DNA of 52,813 bases from a virus (taxonomy: Duplodnaviria; Caudoviricetes): the IMG/VR virus record IMGVR_UViG_3300044613_003454, positions 1 through 52,813 of that record. The stretch is one strand, 5' to 3'. Position numbers and translations under genes: made by a program. Shown one piece after another: positions 22,522 to 31,205 of this stretch. The first letter of the stretch is position 1, and every line of letters begins with the position of its first letter. Under the pieces are notes generated by a model. That model was not told the origin of the DNA, made no database searches, and saw only the letters and a list, made by a program, of their open reading frames with translations.

Positions 22522-23902
22522 CGCCCGCCAGTTCCTGGAGACCGAGGGTCTCGTGCCCCGGATCCCGCCCGTCCGATCGTCCGACTACAACCTCGCACTC
22601 ACCGACCCGTTCGCCTACTACCTCCGCCGCCGGCTCGGCCTGACCCAGGCCCTCTCCTACTCGGAGGCCCTCTCCCGCGGCTCCTACTTCCACACCCTGT
22701 TCGCACTGTACGACCGGGACGATCGCACCCAGATCTACCGCAGGATGTGCAAGGGAAGGCTCGACGAGATCAACGCGATCTGCCGTGACCTCCGCCTCTC
22801 CGAAGACACCCGCACCGTGTCCGTGCAGAACGAGCAGGTGGACCAGGCGTTCGCCACCGCCTGGTACTCGGCGTTCGAGAAGCTGCCCTGCATCCAGGGC
22901 AAGTCCGCCCTGCACCACCTGTCCTCCAACTACATCAAGCTGGGTGCCGAGGTCCGCCTCACGTGGGTGGACGAGCGGTTCCCCAAGACCCGCCAGGTGG
23001 CGCAGTTCGACCTGCTCCTCCTCGACCGCCGCACCCACAAGGTCTGGATCGTGGACGCGAAGACCACGTCGCTTCCCCCACTGATCCGCCTGGCCACGGT
23101 GAAGGAGGAGTTCCAGACGATGCACTACATGCACGCACTGGAGTGGTTCCTCGATCGCGGCCTGCTCCACAAGCAGTACGGTGACCGGCTGCCCAAGGAC
23201 GCGGAGCTCGGGGGCATGATGCACATGGCCGTGCTCAAGCCGTCGATCCAGTTCGGCATGGCCGACCGCGACTTCCACTGGGAGTCCGAGGGCAAGCGCA
23301 CCGGGATCGCCGGCCGCATCATGCGGTCTCCCGTCAACTTGCAGGACCAGGGTGAGTACGTCATCAAGTGGACCAAGAACCAGCCCAGCCCGGAGCCATG
23401 CTGCGGCACCCTTGACGAGTGCCTCCACGTGCTGCACGAGGTCACCGGAAAGAAGCCCGAGAAGGCGTACCAGGGCGAGCCCTCGATCGAGCGGTACATC
23501 GAGCGGTGCATGCGTTGGTACAAGGGCGAAGGTGAATACCTTGACAAGGCCCCGGATTTCCAGAACGACCCGCCTATCAACATTTCTTTCACGCATGCAA
23601 GCACGATGCTTGACAAGGATTGGCGGGCCGACTACCTTTCCCGTGTTGCCATGATCTACAACTTGGCAACCATCGAGGCGAACCCATGCAACTTCCACAA
23701 GAACATCGACGGGCTGCGGATGGGAGCGACGCTCCACCCGTTCAGTCCCTTCTACCTGACGGAGCCGAAGGAGTGGCCGGGCCTGGTGCAGAGCCAGCAG
23801 TTCCTGGTCGCACACCGCGACGCCGGCGATCTTCCCGAAACGCCGGAGCCGCACGAGTTCGACGGGATGATCGAGAGCCTAGACCCCGGGCTCCTCACGT
23901 GA
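22472..23902 (+). CDS. PD-(D/E)XK exonuclease (RecB/Cas4-like)
   Basis: GSYFH, AEVRL, QFDLLL..WIVDAKTT, FQTMHY. Confidence 0.85.
   Translation: MPPETAPVQMPKDRGRSARQFLETEGLVPRIPPVRSSDYNLALTDPFAYYLRRRLGLTQALSYSEALSRGSYFHTLFALYDRDDRTQIYRRMCKGRLDEINAICRDLRLSEDTRTVSVQNEQVDQAFATAWYSAFEKLPCIQGKSALHHLSSNYIKLGAEVRLTWVDERFPKTRQVAQFDLLLLDRRTHKVWIVDAKTTSLPPLIRLATVKEEFQTMHYMHALEWFLDRGLLHKQYGDRLPKDAELGGMMHMAVLKPSIQFGMADRDFHWESEGKRTGIAGRIMRSPVNLQDQGEYVIKWTKNQPSPEPCCGTLDECLHVLHEVTGKKPEKAYQGEPSIERYIERCMRWYKGEGEYLDKAPDFQNDPPINISFTHASTMLDKDWRADYLSRVAMIYNLATIEANPCNFHKNIDGLRMGATLHPFSPFYLTEPKEWPGLVQSQQFLVAHRDAGDLPETPEPHEFDGMIESLDPGLLT
23610..23670 (+). promoter_or_regulatory. Intragenic promoter plus palindromic operator
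   Basis: TTGACA-N17-TACCTT (23610-23638) followed by GTTGCCA-N12-TGGCAAC (23645-23670). Confidence 0.55.
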
Positions 23903-24255
23903 TGTTCGAGGGGGAGTACGTCACCCTCGTCATCAAGCCGAAGATCGACCTCATCCTTGAGGATGGCGTCGAGTCCATCGCAGACCTGACCGCCAAGTTC
24001 AACTCCACGTTCGACTGCAAGGTGTCCAAGTCACGGGTCACGCAGTGGCTCAAGGACATCGGGTACCGGGTAAGCCGCAAGGTCCAGATCGACAGGCCCG
24101 GCCGTTCACGCTCTCCGGCCGTAACCGAAGACGAGGACCTGCGGCGCCCGGCCCCGGTCGAGGAGTTCCGCACGCAGCACCAGCAGCAGTTCTTCAATTT
24201 CGCACCGCCCGCCGGCATGTTCACGAACGTGCCCATGCCCGGGTTCTCGGAGTAA
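23902..24255 (+). CDS. Small winged-HTH-like protein
   Basis: TGATG coupling; SIADLTAKFNSTFDCKVSKSRVTQWLKDIGY. Confidence 0.6.
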   Translation: MFEGEYVTLVIKPKIDLILEDGVESIADLTAKFNSTFDCKVSKSRVTQWLKDIGYRVSRKVQIDRPGRSRSPAVTEDEDLRRPAPVEEFRTQHQQQFFNFAPPAGMFTNVPMPGFSE

Positions 24256-24258
24256 ACG

Positions 24259-25161
24259 ATGTCAGTCACCACGATCGCAGGCAAGCTGCCACAGCAGCGC
24301 TACGCCAACCTCGGCTTTACCGGGGTCCGCATGGTTCACCCGCCGGAGAAGCTCTTCGGCCTGATCTGCGGATTGCCTGGTGAAGGAAAGAGTCAGTTCA
24401 TCCACTCGCACCCGGACTCGTGGGTGTGCAACATGGATTGCACCTCCACGCTCGGGGACCCGAAGGCCACCGTCTGGCCGGGCATCAACCCCCAGGGCCA
24501 GCCCATTGACGTGGACGGGCAGCCCCTCGTGCTCACCTGGGAGGCCGTCACCGCCAAGGTCCAGCTCCTCTGCGACCTGGCGAAGTCCAACCAGCCCCGC
24601 CCCGCCACCGTGTTCTTCGATTCGCTCGGCACCTGGATCCCGCTCCTCAAGGACTACATCACCAGGGCCAACGACAAGAAGGACTGGCGTGACATGGACG
24701 GCCGGCGGTCGTGGGACCAGCTGTATGACATGGTCATCGACACCTGCCTCACCCTCCGTCGCTACGGCTACGGCGTGTACATCATCTGCCACGTGGTGAA
24801 CGCGAAGATCCCGCTCGGCGACGACAAGTACGTCTTCAAGCCGGAGCTCACGATCACCGACGGTTTCTACAAGCGTCTCTATCCCCTGTTCGAGCTGGTC
24901 GCAGCGATCTCCTCAGACTGGGTGACCGAGCAGCGGGAGATCGCCCAGCCTCCCATCGTCAGGGACGGGAAGACCGTCACCCTGAAGCCCAAGCTGGTCA
25001 CCGAGAAGCGGAAGCGGTATCTCTTCTCCGTGGATTCCGAGCAGCTCGCCGGCATCACGAAGCACCGCGTCAAGATGGCCGGGGAGTTCGAGCTCCCCGA
25101 GACCGACGGCTGGTTGGAGTTCACCCGCCGCTACCACGAGTCCAATTCGACCGGCGCGTAA
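24259..25161 (+). CDS. AAA_24 / Sak4-like ATPase
   Basis: Walker A GLPGEGKS, Walker B VFFDS, ICH motif; sits between the exonuclease and the SSB-like gene. Confidence 0.8.
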   Translation: MSVTTIAGKLPQQRYANLGFTGVRMVHPPEKLFGLICGLPGEGKSQFIHSHPDSWVCNMDCTSTLGDPKATVWPGINPQGQPIDVDGQPLVLTWEAVTAKVQLLCDLAKSNQPRPATVFFDSLGTWIPLLKDYITRANDKKDWRDMDGRRSWDQLYDMVIDTCLTLRRYGYGVYIICHVVNAKIPLGDDKYVFKPELTITDGFYKRLYPLFELVAAISSDWVTEQREIAQPPIVRDGKTVTLKPKLVTEKRKRYLFSVDSEQLAGITKHRVKMAGEFELPETDGWLEFTRRYHESNSTGA

Positions 25162-25200
25162 CGCCGGTACATTCACCCCTTTCTCCCAGGAGAAGTCAGC

Positions 25201-25764
25201 ATGTCCAGCAAGATCAGTGCGATGTTCGCGGCCCAGAAGCAGGCGTTCGGTGACGCCAACCCCGACACCGGCGTCGGCGGTCTCGGCGAGTGGCCCACCG
25301 AAGGCGAGCACGACTGCTACGTCCTCGGCCTTGAGATCAACGAGAAGGCCACCTACCGGTTCAGCACCGACCAGGGCCAGCAGGTCGAGCTGCCGGCCAC
25401 CGAGTTCCGGTTCCGGTACCAGCTCCTCAACGACGAGACCAACCCCGACAACCCCCTCGTGTGGGGCGGGGCGCCCTTCACCTTCCCGGACAACGCCGGG
25501 GCCGTCACCGCGGAGGGCCGTCGCACCGGCCTCCAGATCGAGCGGAACCGTTTCTGCGGTCACCTCTCGACCCTGCTTGGAACCAAGGTGGGAACGGCTG
25601 ATGGTCTCGACATCGCCACCGCCATCGGCAAGGTGTCCTCCATCCTCGGCTCGGACAAGCAGGTTGTCTGCACGGTCCGTTGCCAGTACCGTAAGGGCAA
25701 GGGCAACGCGGCGAGCAAGGTCTACAAGACCGAGTTCCTGAACAAGCTCCTGTCCGAAGCCTGA
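25201..25764 (+). CDS. Putative single-stranded DNA-binding protein
   Basis: AGGAG RBS; WPTEGEHDCYV OB-fold-like start; follows the Sak4-like gene. Confidence 0.55.
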   Translation: MSSKISAMFAAQKQAFGDANPDTGVGGLGEWPTEGEHDCYVLGLEINEKATYRFSTDQGQQVELPATEFRFRYQLLNDETNPDNPLVWGGAPFTFPDNAGAVTAEGRRTGLQIERNRFCGHLSTLLGTKVGTADGLDIATAIGKVSSILGSDKQVVCTVRCQYRKGKGNAASKVYKTEFLNKLLSEA

Positions 25765-25782
25765 ACCAGACCCCCACTGATC

Positions 25783-25814
25783 GAGGGGGAGGGGCCCACA
25801 AGCTCCTCCCCCTC
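25783..25814 (+). terminator. Hairpin after the replication operon
   Basis: GAGGGGGAGGGGC..GCTCCTCCCCCTC, immediately after a CCCCCACTGA copy; weak U-tract. Confidence 0.5.
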
Positions 25815-25849
25815 CTCGATTAGTACACTTCTCCAGCAGGGGGTCGCGA

Positions 25850-26452
25850 GTGCAGCCACGCCCACCTTTCTCAGGGAACGGCCCACAGCTGTCAATGGCC
25901 GCAAGCGTGGTGTTGGATCGGGAAACTGAGCTCGTGACCCCCTACCTGGAACACCCTTCCACGTGCCGGCTGGTCGATCAAGTCGCCACTCCCCGTCCGT
26001 GGAAGATGCCCGTGCCGCTCAGGGCGAGGCACTTCGGATTTCGGGACTTGGGAATCCACTCCCCAAGCCCCGGCCCCTCCAAGTCCGAAGCCCTCGCCCT
26101 GGCGGTGCGTGGCTTCCCGTCCATCCTGACCTACCCAGGGTCCCGGCATTGGCTCGTCCTTACGGTGTCCATGCCGGGCGGTGAGACCCCCACTGATTCC
26201 TTTGCCGGCGAGCCACCTCACTCCAGGGTGGACGGCGATGGCTGCAAGGGATCGCTGATCGCGTCCTCCAAGGGACAGGTCTACATGGGGTACATCGACC
26301 TCGGCCGGGGTACCCTGTCTGCAATGGCGTCCAGGGTCCTGGCTCTTGAGCCGGAGTCCAGGATCCTGGAACGCCTGCTGCCCCGCTACACCGCCGGTGC
26401 CGTCCGCTGGTTCCCCCGCCTGGGGGCCATCCAGTTCTGGTCCGCGATCTAG
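25850..26452 (+). CDS. Hypothetical protein
   Basis: 200 aa; stop overlaps the stop of the converging gene. Confidence 0.5.
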   Translation: MQPRPPFSGNGPQLSMAASVVLDRETELVTPYLEHPSTCRLVDQVATPRPWKMPVPLRARHFGFRDLGIHSPSPGPSKSEALALAVRGFPSILTYPGSRHWLVLTVSMPGGETPTDSFAGEPPHSRVDGDGCKGSLIASSKGQVYMGYIDLGRGTLSAMASRVLALEPESRILERLLPRYTAGAVRWFPRLGAIQFWSAI

Positions 26453-29400
26453 AACCCCTTGAACGCCTCGAAGGCCTGGCCGGTCTCCTGCTGGATGACC
26501 TGCTGCTGCTCCGCCGTCATGGGGGGCACCTCGATACGCCTCGCCTGGGCCCGCTGGCGGGCCGTATCCGCGGCCGTGATCGCGGAGGCCTCGATGCCTA
26601 GGTTCTCCGCCCGGCCGGCTGCCATCTGCTGGAACTGGCCCCTGAGCTCAGGCGGCATGCGGTCGAGGATCCGCTCGCTGCGGCTGACCGTCCGGTTCTG
26701 CATGGCCGAGTCGAGCTGGTCCTTGCTGATGGTCAGCTCCATCCCGTACCGCCGCTTGAACTCCGCCTTCACCGCCTGCATCTTGGGGATCTCGTTGTTG
26801 AGCAGGGCCTGAATCGCCTTCCGGCGGTACTCCAGGATCTGGTCCCGGTTCTTGATGAGGAACCCGTCGAAGTCCGCCGCACCCTTGAACTGCCCCATGT
26901 CCACCCCCAGCACCTTGGCATAGATCATGCCCGGGCTCTGGTAGTCGATGAGCGTCCCGTCCCCCTTGAAGACCGCGACGTTCCCCTCGGGGGTCCGCTG
27001 GTTCGGGTCGATGTAGGTCTTCTGCAACGAGCCCGGCAGCCCGAACAGGGGGGAGTTCGGCATGTCCGGCACCAGCCCGATCGCCCGGCTGAGGGCCACG
27101 CCACCCGGCACCAGGCGGGGGATGTTGTTCTGGAGCAGGTCCCGCTGCCCGGGATCCAGGGCACCCCTCACGATGTTCATCGGGATGTCGATCACCGGGG
27201 GCACCGGGATGTACTCGTTGCCGTCCTGGAAGAACCGCTCCCCGCCGAACACCTGCCCGAGGCTGGCCCCGTACAACCCGGGGCTCAGGTCCACCCCGAA
27301 GGTGTTCTTGCCCACCTCGTAGAAGATCGCGCTGATGCCCATGCCCCGGATCAGATCCTGGGTCACGCCCTTCATCAGGCCCCGCTCCCCCATCCGGGCC
27401 GACTCGTACGTCAGGCTGGTGAGTGACCGGGTGGGGAAGCTGAGGAACTGACGCATCAGCGGGTTGTTCCCGAGCCGGCCGAACGGGCCCTCACCCTGGA
27501 ACGCCATCGCCGTGTTCAGCGTGTTGCCGCCGAACTGGGTGGACCCGACGAACTCGTCCACGTCCCGCAGCATCCGGTAGTAGTCGGCCGTCCCCCTCGT
27601 GATGTTGCGGCCGGCCGACTTGTACGCATTCTCCACCGTGTGTGCCGCCACGCTGCGGTTCAGCCACTCCGCCTTCTCGAAGAGCTTCATCGGGTAGTCG
27701 TACAGGTACGACTCCTTCCGGCCCACCCCCGTCAGCAGGTCGCTCTTGTACGAGATGGTGTCGAGCGTCGAGAATGTGTCCCGCCCGATCTGGATCAGGT
27801 TCTCCCCATCCACGTTCGCATACTTGAAGTGCTTGCGGATCAGCGCGGTGTGATCCTCGTCGGTCAACGCCTTGAACCCGTACTTCCCCACCCGCTCCGT
27901 GATGTACCCGCCCAGCTCCTTGAACGCGGTGGTGTACGCCTTGAGCACGTTGCCCAGCCCGCCGTAGTTGGCGGCCAGCAGCAGCGGCTGCATCATGTTC
28001 ATCGTCACCGACGCCAGGTTGATGCCGAGGTGCGTGACGTAGAAGTACCGGGCCAACTCCCCGCTCATGCTCTTGGCCTGGCCGAACGTCAGCTCCGCGT
28101 TCGCCACCTCATCGAGCTTTCGGTACAGCCCTGACCCCCAGCTGCCCGAGTCCCGCATCGCCTTGCCCATCCCCGAGTCCAGCATCCCCCTGATCCCCTG
28201 CTTCCCCTTGATCAGGGCCATGTGCGTCGCCGCATGCTCGATCTTCTGGAAGCCGGCCGACTGGCGGAGGATCACCTCCAACGCCTCCTTCGCGTACCTG
28301 TCCTGCAACAGGTAGTGCTCCTCCTGGAAGAACCTCGCAAGACTCTTGCCCCCACGGAACAGATCGCTCCTCTTCATCTCTTTCGCGATCGTCGCCGCCT
28401 TCTCGGGGTTCACGAGGCTGCGGGTGTCCGCGATCGCCTGCTGCAACTTGGGCAGGTCATCGAGGGTCTGCACGTACAGGGCATGCGTGATCCCCGTGTC
28501 CCGGAAGTACCGGCTCCACGACTCCTGCTGGTTCATCCTGTAGGTGCGGGCCACCCCGCCCCGGTCGAGCACCTCCCGGATCCTCTTCTGCGTGTTGGCC
28601 AGCACCTCGTGCCCACGCTCGGTGCCGCCGAACATCCGGAACATCTCCTCCATGTCGTCGGGATCCCAGATCCCGTTCACGCTCTCCCTGCTCAGCACGG
28701 ACCCGCTGGCCACCAGTGACCGCGACCGCCGCTGTTCCATGATGTCGGAGATCGACCGCGTCCCCTTCATGTCGATCACGTTCCTCGGCATGTAGTGCTC
28801 GGGGAACCCCTCGATCATCTTCCGCACCTTGCCGAGCACGTCCTCGGGATCAATGGTCCCGTCCGCGATCAGCTTGGCGGTCTCCGGGTCGATGAGCATG
28901 CTCATCAATCCCTCGCCCGTCCCCTTGAATGCACCGTCCTTCTGGAACCCGAACTTCGCACCCTCCAACGCCCTCAGCAGCTTCTGCTCGTCCGCCACGA
29001 ACCGCCCCTGTGCGGCGCTCTTGGCCTCGTTGCCGAACAGCCGCATCTTCCGCCGCTTCTCCGCCCCCCGATACGCATCCCGCAGCTCCGTCAACCCCAT
29101 CCTCTCGATCACCGCATCCGTGTCCGACGCCACCAGCCGATCGCTGACCCGCTCCTCCAGGTCAAACAAAAGCTTCCCCTCATCCGTCTTCTTGCTGCGA
29201 AGCACGAGGTCCTTGACCTCCCGGTCGAACCCCCGGAGGTTGGCCTCCAACGCAAAGCTGATCTCCTTCGCCTTCGCCTTCTTCACCGGATCCGAGATCC
29301 GCTCGAAGTTCAGGGTGTCCAGACCGTGCCGCTCCAGCACCCGCTTGAGCGGAGCGGCCACCGTTCCCATCATCTCCCGTTCCAGCTCATCCACGCTCTT

Positions 29401-29832
29401 GGTGAACGCCTGAACCGCCGGCGTCAGCGCCGACCCACGGAACATCTGCTGCGGCGCGAGCATCCCCAGGGCCGCGTGCATTCCCCCCTGCTCCTTCACC
29501 AGCGGACTGAACCTCTCCCCCAGGTCGAAGATCGCCTTGCCCGTCCGGCCCAGCATCTGCCCCCCGACCGGGCTCGTGACCGCCATCAGCAGCACGAACG
29601 GGTTGGTCGCGATGTCCACCACCGCATCGGTCACGGGGTTCCGCCCGATGTGGTCCTTGAGCCGGTCCGTGAACGAATCCCGCTCGATGGGGCTGATCGA
29701 GTCCGAACTCGCCAACGTCTGCAACGCACCCCTCAGCGTGAACTCGTTGTCGAGCGCCTGCGTCAGGAGGATCTGCGGCTTGTCGTAGCTGGCGATCTGC
29801 TCGAACGGCAGCGCCATCGGTACCTGGCTCAT
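26449..29832 (-). CDS. Large internal virion / ejection protein
   Basis: 1127 aa, helical, last gene of the structural operon as in podoviruses. Confidence 0.7.
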   Translation of the reverse strand: MSQVPMALPFEQIASYDKPQILLTQALDNEFTLRGALQTLASSDSISPIERDSFTDRLKDHIGRNPVTDAVVDIATNPFVLLMAVTSPVGGQMLGRTGKAIFDLGERFSPLVKEQGGMHAALGMLAPQQMFRGSALTPAVQAFTKSVDELEREMMGTVAAPLKRVLERHGLDTLNFERISDPVKKAKAKEISFALEANLRGFDREVKDLVLRSKKTDEGKLLFDLEERVSDRLVASDTDAVIERMGLTELRDAYRGAEKRRKMRLFGNEAKSAAQGRFVADEQKLLRALEGAKFGFQKDGAFKGTGEGLMSMLIDPETAKLIADGTIDPEDVLGKVRKMIEGFPEHYMPRNVIDMKGTRSISDIMEQRRSRSLVASGSVLSRESVNGIWDPDDMEEMFRMFGGTERGHEVLANTQKRIREVLDRGGVARTYRMNQQESWSRYFRDTGITHALYVQTLDDLPKLQQAIADTRSLVNPEKAATIAKEMKRSDLFRGGKSLARFFQEEHYLLQDRYAKEALEVILRQSAGFQKIEHAATHMALIKGKQGIRGMLDSGMGKAMRDSGSWGSGLYRKLDEVANAELTFGQAKSMSGELARYFYVTHLGINLASVTMNMMQPLLLAANYGGLGNVLKAYTTAFKELGGYITERVGKYGFKALTDEDHTALIRKHFKYANVDGENLIQIGRDTFSTLDTISYKSDLLTGVGRKESYLYDYPMKLFEKAEWLNRSVAAHTVENAYKSAGRNITRGTADYYRMLRDVDEFVGSTQFGGNTLNTAMAFQGEGPFGRLGNNPLMRQFLSFPTRSLTSLTYESARMGERGLMKGVTQDLIRGMGISAIFYEVGKNTFGVDLSPGLYGASLGQVFGGERFFQDGNEYIPVPPVIDIPMNIVRGALDPGQRDLLQNNIPRLVPGGVALSRAIGLVPDMPNSPLFGLPGSLQKTYIDPNQRTPEGNVAVFKGDGTLIDYQSPGMIYAKVLGVDMGQFKGAADFDGFLIKNRDQILEYRRKAIQALLNNEIPKMQAVKAEFKRRYGMELTISKDQLDSAMQNRTVSRSERILDRMPPELRGQFQQMAAGRAENLGIEASAITAADTARQRAQARRIEVPPMTAEQQQVIQQETGQAFEAFKGF

Positions 29833-29908
29833 GCTTTGAGTATCCCAAAGAAAGAGGGAGCCCCCTTACGGAAGCCCCCTCCGGGGAGTAAAGATGCCTG
29901 CGGGAAGG

Positions 29909-30361
29909 TCAGACCTGGCTTCGCCACCTGATCTGGATCGCACACGTGTCGATGCCCGCGAGAACCGAGCCAAACGCGGCCCACAGGGTGGAGCCCGCCG
30001 GAACAAGGTTCTCGGTCGGAACCAACTGAGAGTTGTCCACGAACCGCCACGCACTCGTGCCGGTCTGTACCCGGAGGGGGTACGTGCCAGCCAAGGCAAC
30101 GCTGAGTTCATCGGTCATCACCGTGGTGGTGCCCGTGCCGGCGTACACCGGAAGAGCGGCATCGCTGACCCGCACGATCTTGAGCAGCTCGTCAGCCGTA
30201 GGGGCATCTCCGACGTAGACCATCACCGAATCCACGAGGATGTCCCGATCGGCGTGCAGCAGCCAGAAGTACTGGCCGGTGGATGCCTTGTCGATGACGA
30301 CCGTGGTGATCTGAAAGTCGGACGGGTAATACTTGGGTTCAAGCGGAATCTGGCCGGCCAT
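29909..30361 (-). CDS. Small beta-rich virion-type protein
   Basis: 150 aa, GAGG RBS. Confidence 0.65.
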   Translation of the reverse strand: MAGQIPLEPKYYPSDFQITTVVIDKASTGQYFWLLHADRDILVDSVMVYVGDAPTADELLKIVRVSDAALPVYAGTGTTTVMTDELSVALAGTYPLRVQTGTSAWRFVDNSQLVPTENLVPAGSTLWAAFGSVLAGIDTCAIQIRWRSQV

Positions 30362-30369
30362 GGTTCACC

Positions 30370-30834
30370 TCAGAAGGAGTCAACGAGTGCGTTGATGGTA
30401 TCAGGAGAATCGGGGGCTCCGCGGGGGTTTCCAAACCCGCCGGTCGCCATCTGGTAAGCCACGCTCTCCAGGAAATCGCTGCTCTTGCCACCCCCAATGA
30501 CGACCGCCCCCTGCGGCAGGGCCCGCCCGATCAGGAGCTGGTTGTACAGCTGGGGATTCACAGCCGCCAGCCGCATCATGTTCTGGGACATGGCCTCCTG
30601 GAGCCGGCGGGCCTTCATCGCCTGGGCGGCCTCGTGCCTCCGCCTCCGGATCTCCTCGCCAATCATCTTGTCGGTGCCGCCAAGACTCGACTTGCCCGCC
30701 GCAATCAGGTTCTGCCCGATGCCCCCCAGGAACATGGTCGTGGGTACACCTACCCCCAACGCCAGCGTGGGGGACGTGAAGTCCAACCCAATGTCCTTGA
30801 GTCCCTTGAATGCCTTTGCCGCAAGCCTGGTCAT
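30370..30834 (-). CDS. Hypothetical virion protein
   Basis: 154 aa, ATGA coupling. Confidence 0.65.
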   Translation of the reverse strand: MTRLAAKAFKGLKDIGLDFTSPTLALGVGVPTTMFLGGIGQNLIAAGKSSLGGTDKMIGEEIRRRRHEAAQAMKARRLQEAMSQNMMRLAAVNPQLYNQLLIGRALPQGAVVIGGGKSSDFLESVAYQMATGGFGNPRGAPDSPDTINALVDSF

Positions 30835-31205
30835 CGGCTCACCTCGATGAACTGATAATCAGGGTTCAAGAACGACAATCTCTCGGCCACCTTGCGATCC
30901 GCCATGGTTGCGAGCCCGATCAGGCTCACGTCCTCCTCCGCAAGATACCGCGACCACACCCACGTGCGGTCCTTCCGGCGGATGCTGGCGTCCCCCTCCT
31001 GGCTCCGCTCCCACAGGAACCGCCGCACGTCGGCCTTCGCCTTGAGCTCCTTCCCGGGGAGCACGATCGGATCCTTGGTCACGTTGACGAGGACCCCCAC
31101 TGATTCGCGACCAGTGGGGGTTAGCTTGACCAGGGCATAGCCACGGTTGTTGTGGCTTTCAACGACCTGCTGGGAGATCCGCTTCACGTCGGGGATCTGG
31201 ATCAT
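30831..31205 (-). CDS. Hypothetical protein
   Basis: 124 aa, coupled on both sides; contains an inverted motif pair. Confidence 0.65.
   Translation of the reverse strand: MIQIPDVKRISQQVVESHNNRGYALVKLTPTGRESVGVLVNVTKDPIVLPGKELKAKADVRRFLWERSQEGDASIRRKDRTWVWSRYLAEEDVSLIGLATMADRKVAERLSFLNPDYQFIEVSR

Noticed and set aside
22472-23902. Cas4-like nuclease as evidence of a CRISPR system
   Set aside because: No array or other cas genes; context is a typical exonuclease-Sak4-SSB recombination module
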